DNA of 64,000 nucleotides from an uncultured Nitrospiraceae bacterium (GTDB lineage: Bacteria > Nitrospirota > Thermodesulfovibrionia > Thermodesulfovibrionales > UBA6898). The position numbers were made by a program, and so were the translations under genes. The notes under the pieces are model-generated. The model was not told the DNA's origin. It made no database searches and saw only the letters and a program-made list of their open reading frames with translations. Shown in pieces: positions 17,496 through 27,752 of the stretch. Within the stretch, counting starts at the first letter, position 1; each line of letters begins with the position of its first letter. The DNA lies in contig CAWEQH010000010.1 in the NCBI GenBank assembly GCA_963811165.1, positions 704,001 through 768,000 of the forward strand, read 5' to 3'.

Positions 17496-18294
17496 TTATT
17501 TTTTTGCCAAAGGGGCGTCGGAATGTTTGCGCCGTGGCATTCAGCGCAGTTTTGCTGTGCCGTAATCCCTACGTTTGATACTGCTTTCCATGTGGCCTTT
17601 GGCTTATACGTACCGTCCTTCCAGGCATTCAGGTCCTGGACAAGGTGGTATGCAGCGCTTGCCGTCACACGGGCACACCTGTCTCTTCTTTCAGGACTGC
17701 CGATAGCATAACCGGATGCCTTCATCCATTTTCCGACCGATACATGACAGAGAGGGGATTCGCTCGTCGTCTGGATGATCGCTGTTTTTACCCTCGGTTC
17801 TTTGGGTGTGTAAGAAGGAAGGGGGTTTCGGAATACCATTGCAGGGCGTCAGCGCCGATTGCCGCACCGTTTTCACACTCGGGGCCTGCGATCCTGGGGC
17901 CGATAATCATATTGCTCACAATGTTTGCGCCGGCATTTGAGCCGCATATCGTCCCCCAGCCGACCATTCCCCCTTCAAGAAAAACATAGGCATCAACAGG
18001 AAATGAGGTATAGGGCTCACCCACTTTTTCTCTGAGCTGGCTGAATACGCTGCTGATGACCGCCGCGCCGCAGAATACCCTGTACCATTCGTTATAGGCA
18101 AGTTCCGCGGTTTTTTCAGGGTCGAGTTTTACATACGGCCACGGCCATTTTTCGGTCGACCCGCCCTTTGCTTCAGCTTTTGAAAAGAGACCCAGTCCCC
18201 CCGATGCCAGAGCGGCAATCCCGGCAGCGCCAGCCGCACCTTTGAGAAGCCCCCTTCTCGACAACTTTTCGTCAAACATCTTTGTAACGTCCAT
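17496..18294 (-). CDS. Split-Soret cytochrome c-like (C-GCAxxG-C-C family) Tat protein with two apparent -1 frameshifts
   Basis: SRRGLLK Tat signal, GWGTICG, SPLCHVSV, ERRDRC, CAECH; frame breaks in C runs near 17821-17825 and 17512-17515. Confidence 0.8.
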
Positions 18295-18344
18295 AATTCA
18301 TTCCTCCTTTAATGATTTTGGGTTCATTTAATTCCCCTGAGACA

Positions 18345-18878
18345 TCAGTGCCCGGCAGCGGGTTTCTGCTCCATCATCTTCATTCGCTTCATTTTTCTTT
18401 TCTCTCTGATCATCTTTGTGTCGTTGTACATATCTTCATAGGCCATCTTCATTACTTCATCGAAGGAAGCGATCTTTCCCTGGTTGGTCTTGATGAAGTT
18501 CTCCGCGCCTTCTTTTCCCTCAAAGGCCCACTTCCCTCTTTTTGACATGACCCCGGGCTTGTTGCCTCCGACCACCCATACGGCCTTCTCTGCATCGATA
18601 AGCTGTCTTCCGTTAAAATCGCCGACCTTGATTGATGTCGGCGTCTTGTCGATATTGTTTGCCATATCCAGCGCAGCGCAATGGACGCTGCATACGGCAG
18701 AGACAGATCCGTCTTTATACTCGATCAACATCCGGGAAAAGTCGAACATGCCTCTATCCATCCCGCACAGCTTGCAGTCTTTGTGAAGATGAATATCATC
18801 CTTTGTATGGGCAGATGCAAGTCCTCCGAAAAGTAAGCATACCGCTATTACGAAACTCGGAACATACATCCTTTTCAT
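18345..18878 (-). CDS. NosL-family metal-binding protein
   Basis: CKLCGM, CSVHC, IDAEKAVWVVG, GVM...AF. Confidence 0.85.
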   Translation of the reverse strand: MKRMYVPSFVIAVCLLFGGLASAHTKDDIHLHKDCKLCGMDRGMFDFSRMLIEYKDGSVSAVCSVHCAALDMANNIDKTPTSIKVGDFNGRQLIDAEKAVWVVGGNKPGVMSKRGKWAFEGKEGAENFIKTNQGKIASFDEVMKMAYEDMYNDTKMIREKRKMKRMKMMEQKPAAGH

Positions 18879-19438
18879 CTCACTCCTCCTTTTTTTGTCG
18901 GTTGCTTCCTTGTACCGGATACCATTTTTTTATGCACATAAGATATGCTGATTGCCCCGCTCCTCTCCATGAAGGAGAACTGAAGAAAAAGACATGCCTG
19001 CTGAGAGAACAATAAGAAGGAAAAATAATTTGGTATAAGTCATGATTGATCCTTTTTATTATTGATAGATAATTATATAAAAAGTATACCAGAACGCGCA
19101 CTCAAGTCAAATTTGCATTAATAGATTATCTATATTTTCAATTTATAGTAAAACAATGCAAAATCTAAATCAAGCGCAATAAATACGAATCAACAACGCG
19201 TTTATATACTCCACTTAGTACTTGGGATAGACGCCGGCTGGACCTGCCGGCTGAACGATTTCCTGACTCTTTTTTTTTAAAAGACAAGTTCAATCATATT
19301 ATGAATTTCAGATAGCGTTATCACATTTCTGTATATTTCTTCTCGTGTCCTTAATGAAAAGATACAAAAAAATATTGTTAATCAGACAGTTTTATTTTCT
19401 TTCTTTGTGGTATGTTTATTGCAGAGTTTATTGACTAT

Positions 19439-19804
19439 ATGGCAACAATATTAGTCGTGGATGACGAATCTTCTATCAGGGAGTTACTCTCACATCTGCT
19501 GAGAAGGGTCTCCACCGTCATAACAAGCCATAGCCTGAAAGATGCGCGGACCGCGCTCTTGACCGATAAATTCGATCTCGTTATTTCCGATCTTCGGCTG
19601 GATGGATCGAATGGCAGAGAAGGCCTTGAACTCTTACGTTACATCCGGGAAATCAGTCCCGATACAAAGGTGATACTCATGTCCGGTTACGCCACCGAAG
19701 CGATCAAGAAGGAAGCATACAGGCTGGGCGCCGCGTGTTTTATGGAAAAGCCGATAAATATCTCTCACCTTTTTTCGAAGGTCCAGTTGCTCAACACCAA
19801 ATAG
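19439..19804 (+). CDS. Single-domain response regulator
   Basis: ILVVDDE, DLVISD, MSGY, KP. Confidence 0.9.
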   Translation: MATILVVDDESSIRELLSHLLRRVSTVITSHSLKDARTALLTDKFDLVISDLRLDGSNGREGLELLRYIREISPDTKVILMSGYATEAIKKEAYRLGAACFMEKPINISHLFSKVQLLNTK

Positions 19805-19808
19805 CTCT

Positions 19809-21653
19809 CTACTCATCCGCAGCCCCGGTAAGTCCCTCTCCCGAATGCTTCGAGGTATGTTCTTCTTCGCCCTCACTCCCGGCCGCAGCGCCTTCCTTTC
19901 CGGCTTCGTCTTTTCTAGGCCGTCTTGACCTCCCCCTGCGCCAGTATCTGCGTTTACGCTGCACCTTTTCCTGAACCTTCTGTTCTTCCGCCGCCGGAGC
20001 CGCGCCCTTTTCCGTTTCTTCCATATCCGCACTTCCCGTATCGACATCGGAAGGTCCTTTTGCACCAACTTCGGGGTGCGCTTTTCCGCCAACCTCGTCC
20101 CGGGCTTTGTCCCTCCCCCTCACCTTATGAGGATGCGCTTTATGGAGATGCTCCTCTTTGGGCTTTTCATGTTCGCCGGTTTTTACCTCGCCCGCCTTCT
20201 CCGTCTCTATGACATGATGACCCAGTAACTTTCTGTCGGCAAGGAACGTGATCTTGACCCCGTATTCCTTTTCAGCGCTGCGGATGTCCTCAAATTTGCT
20301 GTTGACCAGGTAGTTCATGGCCTCCACAGGGAGGCGGCATGTGATTCCCAAAAGGCCGCCTTTAGATGCAATCGTAAGGACTTCCCTGAAAGCGGATATC
20401 GCAATCATCTCTTCGTTTCTCACAATCCCCAGTCCGTCGCAGACCTCGCACTTTTTGTTCACCGTCTCGAAGTAGGCCGGCCTCATCCTCTCCCTCGTCA
20501 TTTCGACGATCCCGAACTTCGAGATGTTCGTAATCTCAGCATGCGCCTTGTCGGATTCCATCGCATCCATCAGCCTGGTTTCAAGTTCCCTCCTGTTCTT
20601 GGAAGAAACCATATCGATAAAATCGATCACGATCAATCCGCCGATGTCCCTCAGTCTGAGCTGCCGTGCAATCTCATCGGCCGCTTCCAGGTTCGTCCTG
20701 AGCGCCGTAGACTCGACGTTCTCCTCCTTCCTGGACCTCCCGGAATTCACGTCGATTGCCGTAAGGGCCTCTGTCTTATCGATGACCACATATCCCCTGG
20801 ACGGCAGGTGCACGTATCTCTCGCTTAACTTTGCGATCTGGTCCTCGATATTGTGCATTGAGAAGATCGGCTTCTTGTCCTTGTAGAATTTGATATTGAT
20901 CTTCCGCCAGGGCACGGTCTTTTTCAGAAACTCCTTCGTTCCTTTAAATGCTTCCTGATCGTCGATGAGCACCTCGCTCACGTCGGAGGTCAGGTAATCC
21001 CTCACCGTCCTTACCGCAATGTCTTGCTCCTTGTAAATGAGGGCAGGCGCGGAGGCCTTTTTTGCCTCGGCCTGGATCTTGTTCCAGAGTTTCGTAAGAT
21101 ATTTGAGGTCGTTTTCGAGGTCTTCACCGGTCTTGTCGCTGCCGGCAGTCCTGAGGATAAATCCCATCTTTTTGGGAAGCTTAAGGGCGTGGAATATTTC
21201 TTTGAGACGCTCCCTGTCGTCCCGGTCCTCGATCTTTCTGGATATACCCACCCTCTCCTGGCCGGGCATCATGACTATGTATCTGCCCGGGATCGAGATA
21301 TAGGTCGTAAGGCTTGCGCCTTTTGTGTCCCTCTCGTCTTTTTCGACCTGCACGATCAGTTCCTGCCCCTTCTGCAGGTCCTGAACGCGTGGCCTTTTGC
21401 CCGCGGGCGTGTTGACGAAGAACTCCGGATTGATCTCTCTCAGCTGTAAAAAACCGTGCTTCTTCGGTCCGAAATTAACAAATACCGCCTGAAGTCCAGG
21501 TTCGATTCTGGCAATGCTGCCTTTATAAATATTCCCTTTGAGATGCTCCTTCCCTGACCCCTCGACATAGAAGTCGACGAGTATGTCACCATCGACAATA
21601 GCAACCCTTTTTTCCTCGGCGTACATCGCGTTTATCAATATCTTCTTTTTCAT
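19809..21653 (-). CDS. rne: Ribonuclease E/G
   Basis: GNIYKG, S1 domain, EALTAIDVNSG, LRLRDIGGLIVIDFIDM, Zn-link CEVC, disordered tail. Confidence 0.93.
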   Translation of the reverse strand: MKKKILINAMYAEEKRVAIVDGDILVDFYVEGSGKEHLKGNIYKGSIARIEPGLQAVFVNFGPKKHGFLQLREINPEFFVNTPAGKRPRVQDLQKGQELIVQVEKDERDTKGASLTTYISIPGRYIVMMPGQERVGISRKIEDRDDRERLKEIFHALKLPKKMGFILRTAGSDKTGEDLENDLKYLTKLWNKIQAEAKKASAPALIYKEQDIAVRTVRDYLTSDVSEVLIDDQEAFKGTKEFLKKTVPWRKINIKFYKDKKPIFSMHNIEDQIAKLSERYVHLPSRGYVVIDKTEALTAIDVNSGRSRKEENVESTALRTNLEAADEIARQLRLRDIGGLIVIDFIDMVSSKNRRELETRLMDAMESDKAHAEITNISKFGIVEMTRERMRPAYFETVNKKCEVCDGLGIVRNEEMIAISAFREVLTIASKGGLLGITCRLPVEAMNYLVNSKFEDIRSAEKEYGVKITFLADRKLLGHHVIETEKAGEVKTGEHEKPKEEHLHKAHPHKVRGRDKARDEVGGKAHPEVGAKGPSDVDTGSADMEETEKGAAPAAEEQKVQEKVQRKRRYWRRGRSRRPRKDEAGKEGAAAGSEGEEEHTSKHSGEGLTGAADE

Positions 21654-21660
21654 ACCGGTC

Positions 21661-21954
21661 TCACATTACCTCTTTCTTATCACCAAAAATTTTTGCGATC
21701 TCGGCGTCGAGTTCCTCATGCAGTAATAAAAGCGCCTCGCTCACCGGAAGCTCAGGATACTTTATGATCGCCTCGATGACCTCCTCGATAGGAAAATCGA
21801 AAAAATGTCCGTCGGCGTATACGATCCTGAGGAACGGCCTCTTGAGTAAAAAACAGCGCTTTTTCCGGCCATCCCTGTCTGTAAAAGGAATGATGACATG
21901 TTCATGGTCTTCATCGAGTCCATAGCGCCTTATCAGCTCCTTTATCGCTTCCAT
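21661..21954 (-). CDS. Hypothetical protein
   Basis: 97 aa, tightly packed between ychF and rne on the same strand. Confidence 0.65.
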   Translation of the reverse strand: MEAIKELIRRYGLDEDHEHVIIPFTDRDGRKKRCFLLKRPFLRIVYADGHFFDFPIEEVIEAIIKYPELPVSEALLLLHEELDAEIAKIFGDKKEVM

Positions 21955-21966
21955 ATCTTACTTGCA

Positions 21967-22332
21967 TCACGACGCCGGCGTTTCATCTGCCGGTGAGATC
22001 ATCATAGAGGCCCATATCGAAAACGGGTCAGGATCGATCTCCTCTATCCCGTCGGGAAATGTCTTCATAAACACTTCTCTGTTTTTGAGATATCGCACCA
22101 CCATGGCGTCTATGACTTCCCTGCGCTCGGCCTTCAGCACGTCTTTCGAACCGCGCGCCTCGACAATCTTTCTGACAAGCTCGTTGACCTTTTCACGTTC
22201 GTTTTCGAGAAGTCTGAGGTTGCCTTCTTCTCCCCTGTCTTGCGCCCTCTTTATCGAGTCAAGCATCTCCTGATGCGCAAGAAGCTGCTTCATCGCCTTG
22301 ACGCTGTTTTCGAAGATCTCCTGCGCCTTCAT
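21967..22332 (-). CDS. Hypothetical protein
   Basis: 121 aa, AGGAG RBS, operon-like packing. Confidence 0.65.
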   Translation of the reverse strand: MKAQEIFENSVKAMKQLLAHQEMLDSIKRAQDRGEEGNLRLLENEREKVNELVRKIVEARGSKDVLKAERREVIDAMVVRYLKNREVFMKTFPDGIEEIDPDPFSIWASMMISPADETPAS

Positions 22333-22418
22333 CTCGCTCCTGACATAGTGTCACACTTTTTCATTATACATCACGGTACTCCGAATACAATTCTCCGTTA
22401 CCGCTTGAAACCGCATAA

Positions 22419-23504
22419 TTATACATTAAATCTGAAATTGATGATATCACCGTCCCTCACCTCGTAGGTCTTTCCTTCGAGTCTTAGAAGTCCCTTGTCC
22501 CGCGCCGCCGACATGTTCCCCCCGGAGATAAAATCCTCGTAAGAGACCACCTCAGCCCTGATAAACCCCCTCTCGATATCCGAATGGATCTTTCCGGCCG
22601 CCTTCTGCGCGCTCATACCCTTCCTGATCGTCCAGGCCCTCACCTCGTCCTCTCCGGCAGTAAGAAATGAGATGAGGCCCAGGAGGTCGTAAGAGACATG
22701 GATAAGTTTGTTCAATGCCGGTTCCTTTATCCCGAGGTCATCGAGAAAGGCGGCCGCCTCTTCCGGGGGCAGCTGGGCTATCTCCATCTCGATCTTGCCG
22801 CAGAGACTGAGGACCCTCACTTTCTTGTCCGTGAAGTATGCCTTGAGCGACGCAACGATCCCGGCGGTTTTTTCAGAATTCATCTCCTTCTCCCCGACAT
22901 TCACCACAGTCACTAACGGTTTTATCGACATAAACTGAAGGTGGCTCATCGCCTTCTGTTCTTCTTCGGAGAATTCTACGTCCCTGAGGGCCTTCTCCCC
23001 CTCAAGGACCCCTTTACATTTCAGGAGCAGCTTTTTTTCTCCCTCGTCCGGCTTCTTTCCCCTCTTGACCCCCTGCTCCATCCTCTCAAGGCGTTTATCG
23101 ACAAGCTCCAGGTCGCCGAATATCATCTCGAGTTCGACCGTCTCTGCGTCCCTCTTGGGGTCGATACCGCCCAGAGGATGGGCCACCGTCTCGTCCTCAA
23201 ACCCCCTGATCACATGGACCACGGCCTCGACGTCCTTCACCAGATCGAAGACCTTGCGGTTTTGTTCCATGTCGCCTTTCGTAAGGCCTATATAATCGAT
23301 ATATTCGACCGTCGCGTAGGTCGTCTTCTTGGGCTTGAAGATCTGGGTGAGCTTCTCTATCCTGGCATCCGGCACCTTCACCACGCCGTGGTGGGGCTCC
23401 GGAACTACGGTCGCATAAATCGTGGTCTCAAGGTCCATGCCGGTAAGCGCGTTAAAGATCGTCGTCTTCCCGGAATTCGCAAGTCCTGTTATGGCTATCT
23501 TCAC
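22419..23504 (-). CDS. ychF: Redox-regulated ATPase YchF
   Basis: GLANSGKTT, VPDAR, AAGKIHSDIERGFIRAEV, RLEGKTYEVRDGD. Confidence 0.95.
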   Translation of the reverse strand: MKIAITGLANSGKTTIFNALTGMDLETTIYATVVPEPHHGVVKVPDARIEKLTQIFKPKKTTYATVEYIDYIGLTKGDMEQNRKVFDLVKDVEAVVHVIRGFEDETVAHPLGGIDPKRDAETVELEMIFGDLELVDKRLERMEQGVKRGKKPDEGEKKLLLKCKGVLEGEKALRDVEFSEEEQKAMSHLQFMSIKPLVTVVNVGEKEMNSEKTAGIVASLKAYFTDKKVRVLSLCGKIEMEIAQLPPEEAAAFLDDLGIKEPALNKLIHVSYDLLGLISFLTAGEDEVRAWTIRKGMSAQKAAGKIHSDIERGFIRAEVVSYEDFISGGNMSAARDKGLLRLEGKTYEVRDGDIINFRFNV

Positions 23505-23580
23505 TCTGTTCTCCTTATTCCTGAATAGGTGCTATTATACCCTATCGGCAGTGCCGAAAGCATGGGGAAGGAGTGAGGCT

Positions 23581-24105
23581 ATGACTTCAAAAGACAGTGA
23601 AAAGCTTGAGATCGTGGACGCTAAGGGAAATGTGATGGGCTTGGGCGAAAGGTCGGAACTGCATCGAAACCCCGGCCTCATCCACAGGGTAGTGCATGTC
23701 CTGGTTTTCAATAAAAAAGGCGAACTGCTGCTTCAGAAGAGGTCTCAAAAAAAGGACGTCGCCCCCGGCAAATGGGACACCTCCGTGGGAGGACACGTCG
23801 CCCCCGGAGAGGATGCCCTTGCAGCAGCAAAGAGGGAGATGGAGGAGGAACTCGGCATAAAAGGCTGCGAACTGCAGCACCTATACCGCTATCTTTTCTC
23901 CAACCACCGGGAATCGGAACTCGTAACTACCTACTCATGCATGTATGACGGAGAAGCGGTCTTCAACCGGGAAGAGATCGACGAGGTCGCCTTCTGGGAC
24001 ATAAAAAGGATAAGGGAAACCCTCGGCGCCGGGACCTTCAGCGGCCACTTTGAAAAGGAGATACGGCGTTATCTTAAGATAGAGAACGACAGAACGATTT
24101 TGTAG
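23581..24105 (+). CDS. NUDIX hydrolase (Idi/YfcD-like)
   Basis: HRVVHV, LLQKRS, GGHVAPGEDALAAAKREMEEELG. Confidence 0.9.
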   Translation: MTSKDSEKLEIVDAKGNVMGLGERSELHRNPGLIHRVVHVLVFNKKGELLLQKRSQKKDVAPGKWDTSVGGHVAPGEDALAAAKREMEEELGIKGCELQHLYRYLFSNHRESELVTTYSCMYDGEAVFNREEIDEVAFWDIKRIRETLGAGTFSGHFEKEIRRYLKIENDRTIL

Positions 24106-24129
24106 GGGCAATTCACGAATTGCCCCTAC
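24102..24129. repeat. GTAG-type REP-like palindrome
   Basis: GTAGGGGCAATTC-AC-GAATTGCCCCTAC, overlapping the NUDIX stop codon. Confidence 0.7.
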
Positions 24130-24236
24130 CTCCGTTATTTCAGCTTTCTATAGCGCGCCGGCAACTTTTGCGCCCCTGCGCAACTCGTCATAGTCCTTAT
24201 CCTTCACAGGTACAAAACCTTTCACTCAATCAATTA

Positions 24237-25859
24237 TCAATATGCCCAGTAGGGGCCGCTGCCCAGACTGGAACCTCTTCCTTCGAACCCCACATAGACG
24301 TTTCGGCCTAAGAAAAAAGGCAGCCCCCAATCGAAGTCCGTCGAATTCCCGCCGATTTCTGCAAATACCCAATTTGACGAACTGATGAGACTGACGAAAT
24401 TCCCTATCTGGAATGAGACAACGCCGCCCGGCAACCCTGAGGCTCCCGTATTGGTGGCAGAAAGGCTTGTTGTGGACGACGGACAAAACCAATCCGAAAA
24501 CGGGAACGCGCAGTTTGGAAGCAGGTTTGAAGAAGGGGAGGAGAAAAAAAGCCCGTTCGTGCCGCTGTCGATGAAACTGTTTTTGTAAGGGACGCCATCG
24601 ACGGTTGTAACAAATTCTCCTAAGAGGTTGGCCGTATATGTCGTCACTGCGGAAGGCATGTTGTTCGACCTGGTGTCGATGCCGAGTATTAGGGAACCGT
24701 TGACCGACGGTGATCCGCCGGAAGGAACGTCAGGAAGCTCAACAATTACGCCGTTATTGTCTTGGGGGAGAAGCGCCACCGGGTTTTGGACCTGACTGGA
24801 AAGAGCGACAGCAGTCCCGCTGCAAATCGACCCGCTGCAGGCGTAATATATCCCGATATCGGCACTGTCTTCACATGCCTGACCGCAGTCTTCAATAAAG
24901 AGACCGACCCCCAGGACTCCGTTGAAGCCGGCGGCTTCGGGACTTGGGTCCGCGTTTCGGCATTCATGAGGACGGGAACCGAACGTCGAGTCGATTACCT
25001 GGATCGGGACCTCAACGGCGGGTTCATTTCCCAAAATAACGCTCGCCGTCTGAACGGGTCCCCAGTTCGAAGTGCCGTCTCCATATTGGACGCATTCGGT
25101 CAGCGCCCCGGAAGCGACTGTCTCCTGTAAAAGAGAAACGCCCAGCGCCTGTTTGAAAATCCGCAGACCGTAACTTCCGGTATCAAGCAGGATGTCATCG
25201 ATCCTCTGACAATTCGAAGTGCCGGGGGTACAAACCGTGACGCTGACGCAAGGTTTGTTGGGATAGGAGTCGGCCGAACAGAGCGATCCGTTTACGCTGA
25301 TGGGCAGTACGTTATTCGCTACCTCAATGGCAGTTGTCCACAGGTAGTAACTATCGAGACTACCCTCAGGCGTCACTAAAAGGTAAGCGGTATAGGTCCC
25401 CGGAGGCAGTGACGAGACAGGAATCTCCCCCAGTGCGGATGCTAATGACTCATTCACCCCGTCAGATGCATTTATCTTCCATGGCGATAGTCCTTCATGA
25501 AACGGATCCGAAACCGACAGCGGGATAAAAGTATCATTCATCGTCAATACGTAAATGTTTTGAGGGTTTATAGCCGGTGCAAAATATCCGAAGTAGATGT
25601 CAACCGGACCTGAGAACGGGGCAAGGCCTACCTTAACACTTATCGTATCTCCCCCTGAGGCAGCGGGACCAATTCCAATGGGCATGGCCTGCGAAGGGTC
25701 CGTGCTAATAATCGGCGTAGCTACAGGCCCACGCAGCGGAAATCTTTCCTGCCCGGAAGGTACGGCCATTGACAAAGCAGCATGACCGAGGGGCAGGGCA
25801 AAGGCATTGCTTATGACAACGAAGGCCAGAGAAAAAAGGAGAAATTTACCTGATTTCAT
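24237..25859 (-). CDS. DUF3443 family, pepsin-like aspartic protease fold with extra N-terminal domain
   Basis: PCVSVTVCTPG, LLDTGSYGLR, NGVLGVG, FIDSGTN, FDWGLPFFLGRNVY; signal peptide. Confidence 0.85.
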   Translation of the reverse strand: MKSGKFLLFSLAFVVISNAFALPLGHAALSMAVPSGQERFPLRGPVATPIISTDPSQAMPIGIGPAASGGDTISVKVGLAPFSGPVDIYFGYFAPAINPQNIYVLTMNDTFIPLSVSDPFHEGLSPWKINASDGVNESLASALGEIPVSSLPPGTYTAYLLVTPEGSLDSYYLWTTAIEVANNVLPISVNGSLCSADSYPNKPCVSVTVCTPGTSNCQRIDDILLDTGSYGLRIFKQALGVSLLQETVASGALTECVQYGDGTSNWGPVQTASVILGNEPAVEVPIQVIDSTFGSRPHECRNADPSPEAAGFNGVLGVGLFIEDCGQACEDSADIGIYYACSGSICSGTAVALSSQVQNPVALLPQDNNGVIVELPDVPSGGSPSVNGSLILGIDTRSNNMPSAVTTYTANLLGEFVTTVDGVPYKNSFIDSGTNGLFFSSPSSNLLPNCAFPFSDWFCPSSTTSLSATNTGASGLPGGVVSFQIGNFVSLISSSNWVFAEIGGNSTDFDWGLPFFLGRNVYVGFEGRGSSLGSGPYWAY

Positions 25860-26316
25860 CGACGCGCACTCCTGCGGGGATTAAAGCCGGAGCGTAGGCA
25901 CGCCCCTGCAGGTTCCTCATGTGGCCCCATTTCTCTACCACGACCTGGTCCGTTTTCACCTCTAGCCGCCTTCGGCCCGGTTTACGCGGGGTCTGCTTGA
26001 GGGCTTCATAATATTCTCCGGAGTAGGAGCCCAGAAGCTGCATAAGATCGGGATGGACCAGTCCGTTCCAGGCTATCCCGAATACGATGCCGGATTGCGA
26101 AACGTATTCCCTGACGACGGAGGAACCGGACCCGACCTCCTGGACCGTATAGCCTTTGCGGACAGAAGCAGCATGCCTTACAGCGGAAAGGGCATTTCTA
26201 TCCGACTCGACTGAATCGGCTGATTCGCCGAGCGTACCGTGCGCCTGTTGGGCAAGCGCAAAAAAAATCCCTAAAAGGCATATGCCGGGAAACAGGGCAT
26301 ATAATTTTATTTTCAT
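25846..26316 (-). CDS. DUF2844 family exported protein
   Basis: VREY...VFGIAWNG..PDL.QLLG, GHMR..GRAY; overlaps DUF3443 gene. Confidence 0.88.
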   Translation of the reverse strand: MKIKLYALFPGICLLGIFFALAQQAHGTLGESADSVESDRNALSAVRHAASVRKGYTVQEVGSGSSVVREYVSQSGIVFGIAWNGLVHPDLMQLLGSYSGEYYEALKQTPRKPGRRRLEVKTDQVVVEKWGHMRNLQGRAYAPALIPAGVRVDEIR

Positions 26317-26479
26317 TGCGAAATCTCCCGTGCATCCATACTACTGACCGCACATTGCTTTTTAGAACAGAGCGTTCAATCTGCTACCGCAAATGGTTTA
26401 GGCAAAAAGACGTTGGACCCATATTTACCTAGTATATCACGCCCAGATCTCCCAAGGCCACCGGCTTCTGTGGCCTTTC

Positions 26480-27334
26480 TCAGCCCTTTTCTTCCTTCGG
26501 CTTCATCCAAACCAAAAAAGGACAGAGTTTGCACATGTTGAAGCCGGGATATGTCTCTCCTGTGCGCGGGAACGATGTCCCTTTGTCTCTCACCGTCCGC
26601 TCAAGCATCCACCGTACTGTCGGCTCGAGCTGGCTGCCGGGCCATATCCAGTTTATCTCTCCCTGCTCGGTCTTCCCGGCGGTATAGCTGCCGCTGCACA
26701 TAGGAGTAATGTTTGGCTTATTGGTGAGGTACACAGAGGCGACCCCATGGCAAGCAGAACTGTTCATCGTCATGGTCATTTCAAACGGATGAATGTCCAT
26801 TGCGGCGCACCAGTCGTTGCCGAGGTGGTATGCCTGAAGCACATCGCTCATCCCGTGAATGACATCGGGCTTGAATGGTGACTTGTGAAGCGGCGCAGTC
26901 GCAAAGGCCAACAATCCGCCCGGCAGCCTCTTCTTAGTTTTTACAAACCGTTCGGCCTGGGCCATGTCCTTTGTATATTTCATATGGCTCTTCACTTCGT
27001 CCTCGTCGAACTCTTTCCAGCCCCAGACAAACTTCGCATTTGCGCACCCCAGGTCCTTGACCGTACCCAGCAGGATGTCCCCTCTTTGCCTGGATGCAGC
27101 GAGATAATGGCAGAAGGTAAACGCGCGCGTACCCACTTTATAAGAGGCATTCTTTTTGAAGTCGGCCAGCTCACTCTCGGAAAAGAAGAACTTGACCGCA
27201 ACAGGGTAATATTTCATCCTCAGAAGGTTCCGAAGGGAAAAAACTATATCCGCATTGCTCAGTTCCTTCTTCTGAAGTATCGCCTTTGCAAATTCAACAT
27301 CGTTTAGCAGTATGGACGTATCGATCATGGTCAT
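26480..27334 (-). CDS. DUF169 family protein
   Basis: YYPVAVKF, FCH, GC, SAC, PMCSG conserved-Cys pattern. Confidence 0.75.
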   Translation of the reverse strand: MTMIDTSILLNDVEFAKAILQKKELSNADIVFSLRNLLRMKYYPVAVKFFFSESELADFKKNASYKVGTRAFTFCHYLAASRQRGDILLGTVKDLGCANAKFVWGWKEFDEDEVKSHMKYTKDMAQAERFVKTKKRLPGGLLAFATAPLHKSPFKPDVIHGMSDVLQAYHLGNDWCAAMDIHPFEMTMTMNSSACHGVASVYLTNKPNITPMCSGSYTAGKTEQGEINWIWPGSQLEPTVRWMLERTVRDKGTSFPRTGETYPGFNMCKLCPFLVWMKPKEEKG

Positions 27335-27349
27335 TTCTCCAATATGGAT

Positions 27350-27739
27350 TTAATATACTCCCAACAGGTTAAGCGCCAAAAGCAGAAGCCCTGCGACCGC
27401 AATCCTTTTTACCACAAGGGGGCTGACGCGTTTTGCGATCTGAGGTGCAATGAAGCCGCCCAATATCGCGGCCGGGAACATGATAAGAAAAAATGTCGCA
27501 TCGAAATTCCCGAACATGTAGTGACGCGTCGTACCCATAAGAGTGTTGAAAAAGATCGCAAGCAGAGAACTCCCAACTACCACATACATAGGCAGCCCAA
27601 GCCCCACCGTCATAAGCGGGACCATGAAAGGGCCGCCGCCGAAGCCGAACATCGAGGAGACGACCGCGATCAGAAACCCTCCTATGCAGCCCAAAAGAAT
27701 GTTTATCTTAAATTCGTGTCCCCAGAATTCTACTATCAT
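27350..27739 (-). CDS. TauE/SafE (TSUP) family half-size membrane protein
   Basis: FGFGGGPFMVP, own GGAGGAG RBS. Confidence 0.85.
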   Translation of the reverse strand: MIVEFWGHEFKINILLGCIGGFLIAVVSSMFGFGGGPFMVPLMTVGLGLPMYVVVGSSLLAIFFNTLMGTTRHYMFGNFDATFFLIMFPAAILGGFIAPQIAKRVSPLVVKRIAVAGLLLLALNLLGVY

Positions 27740-27752
27740 TATCTTCTCCTCC

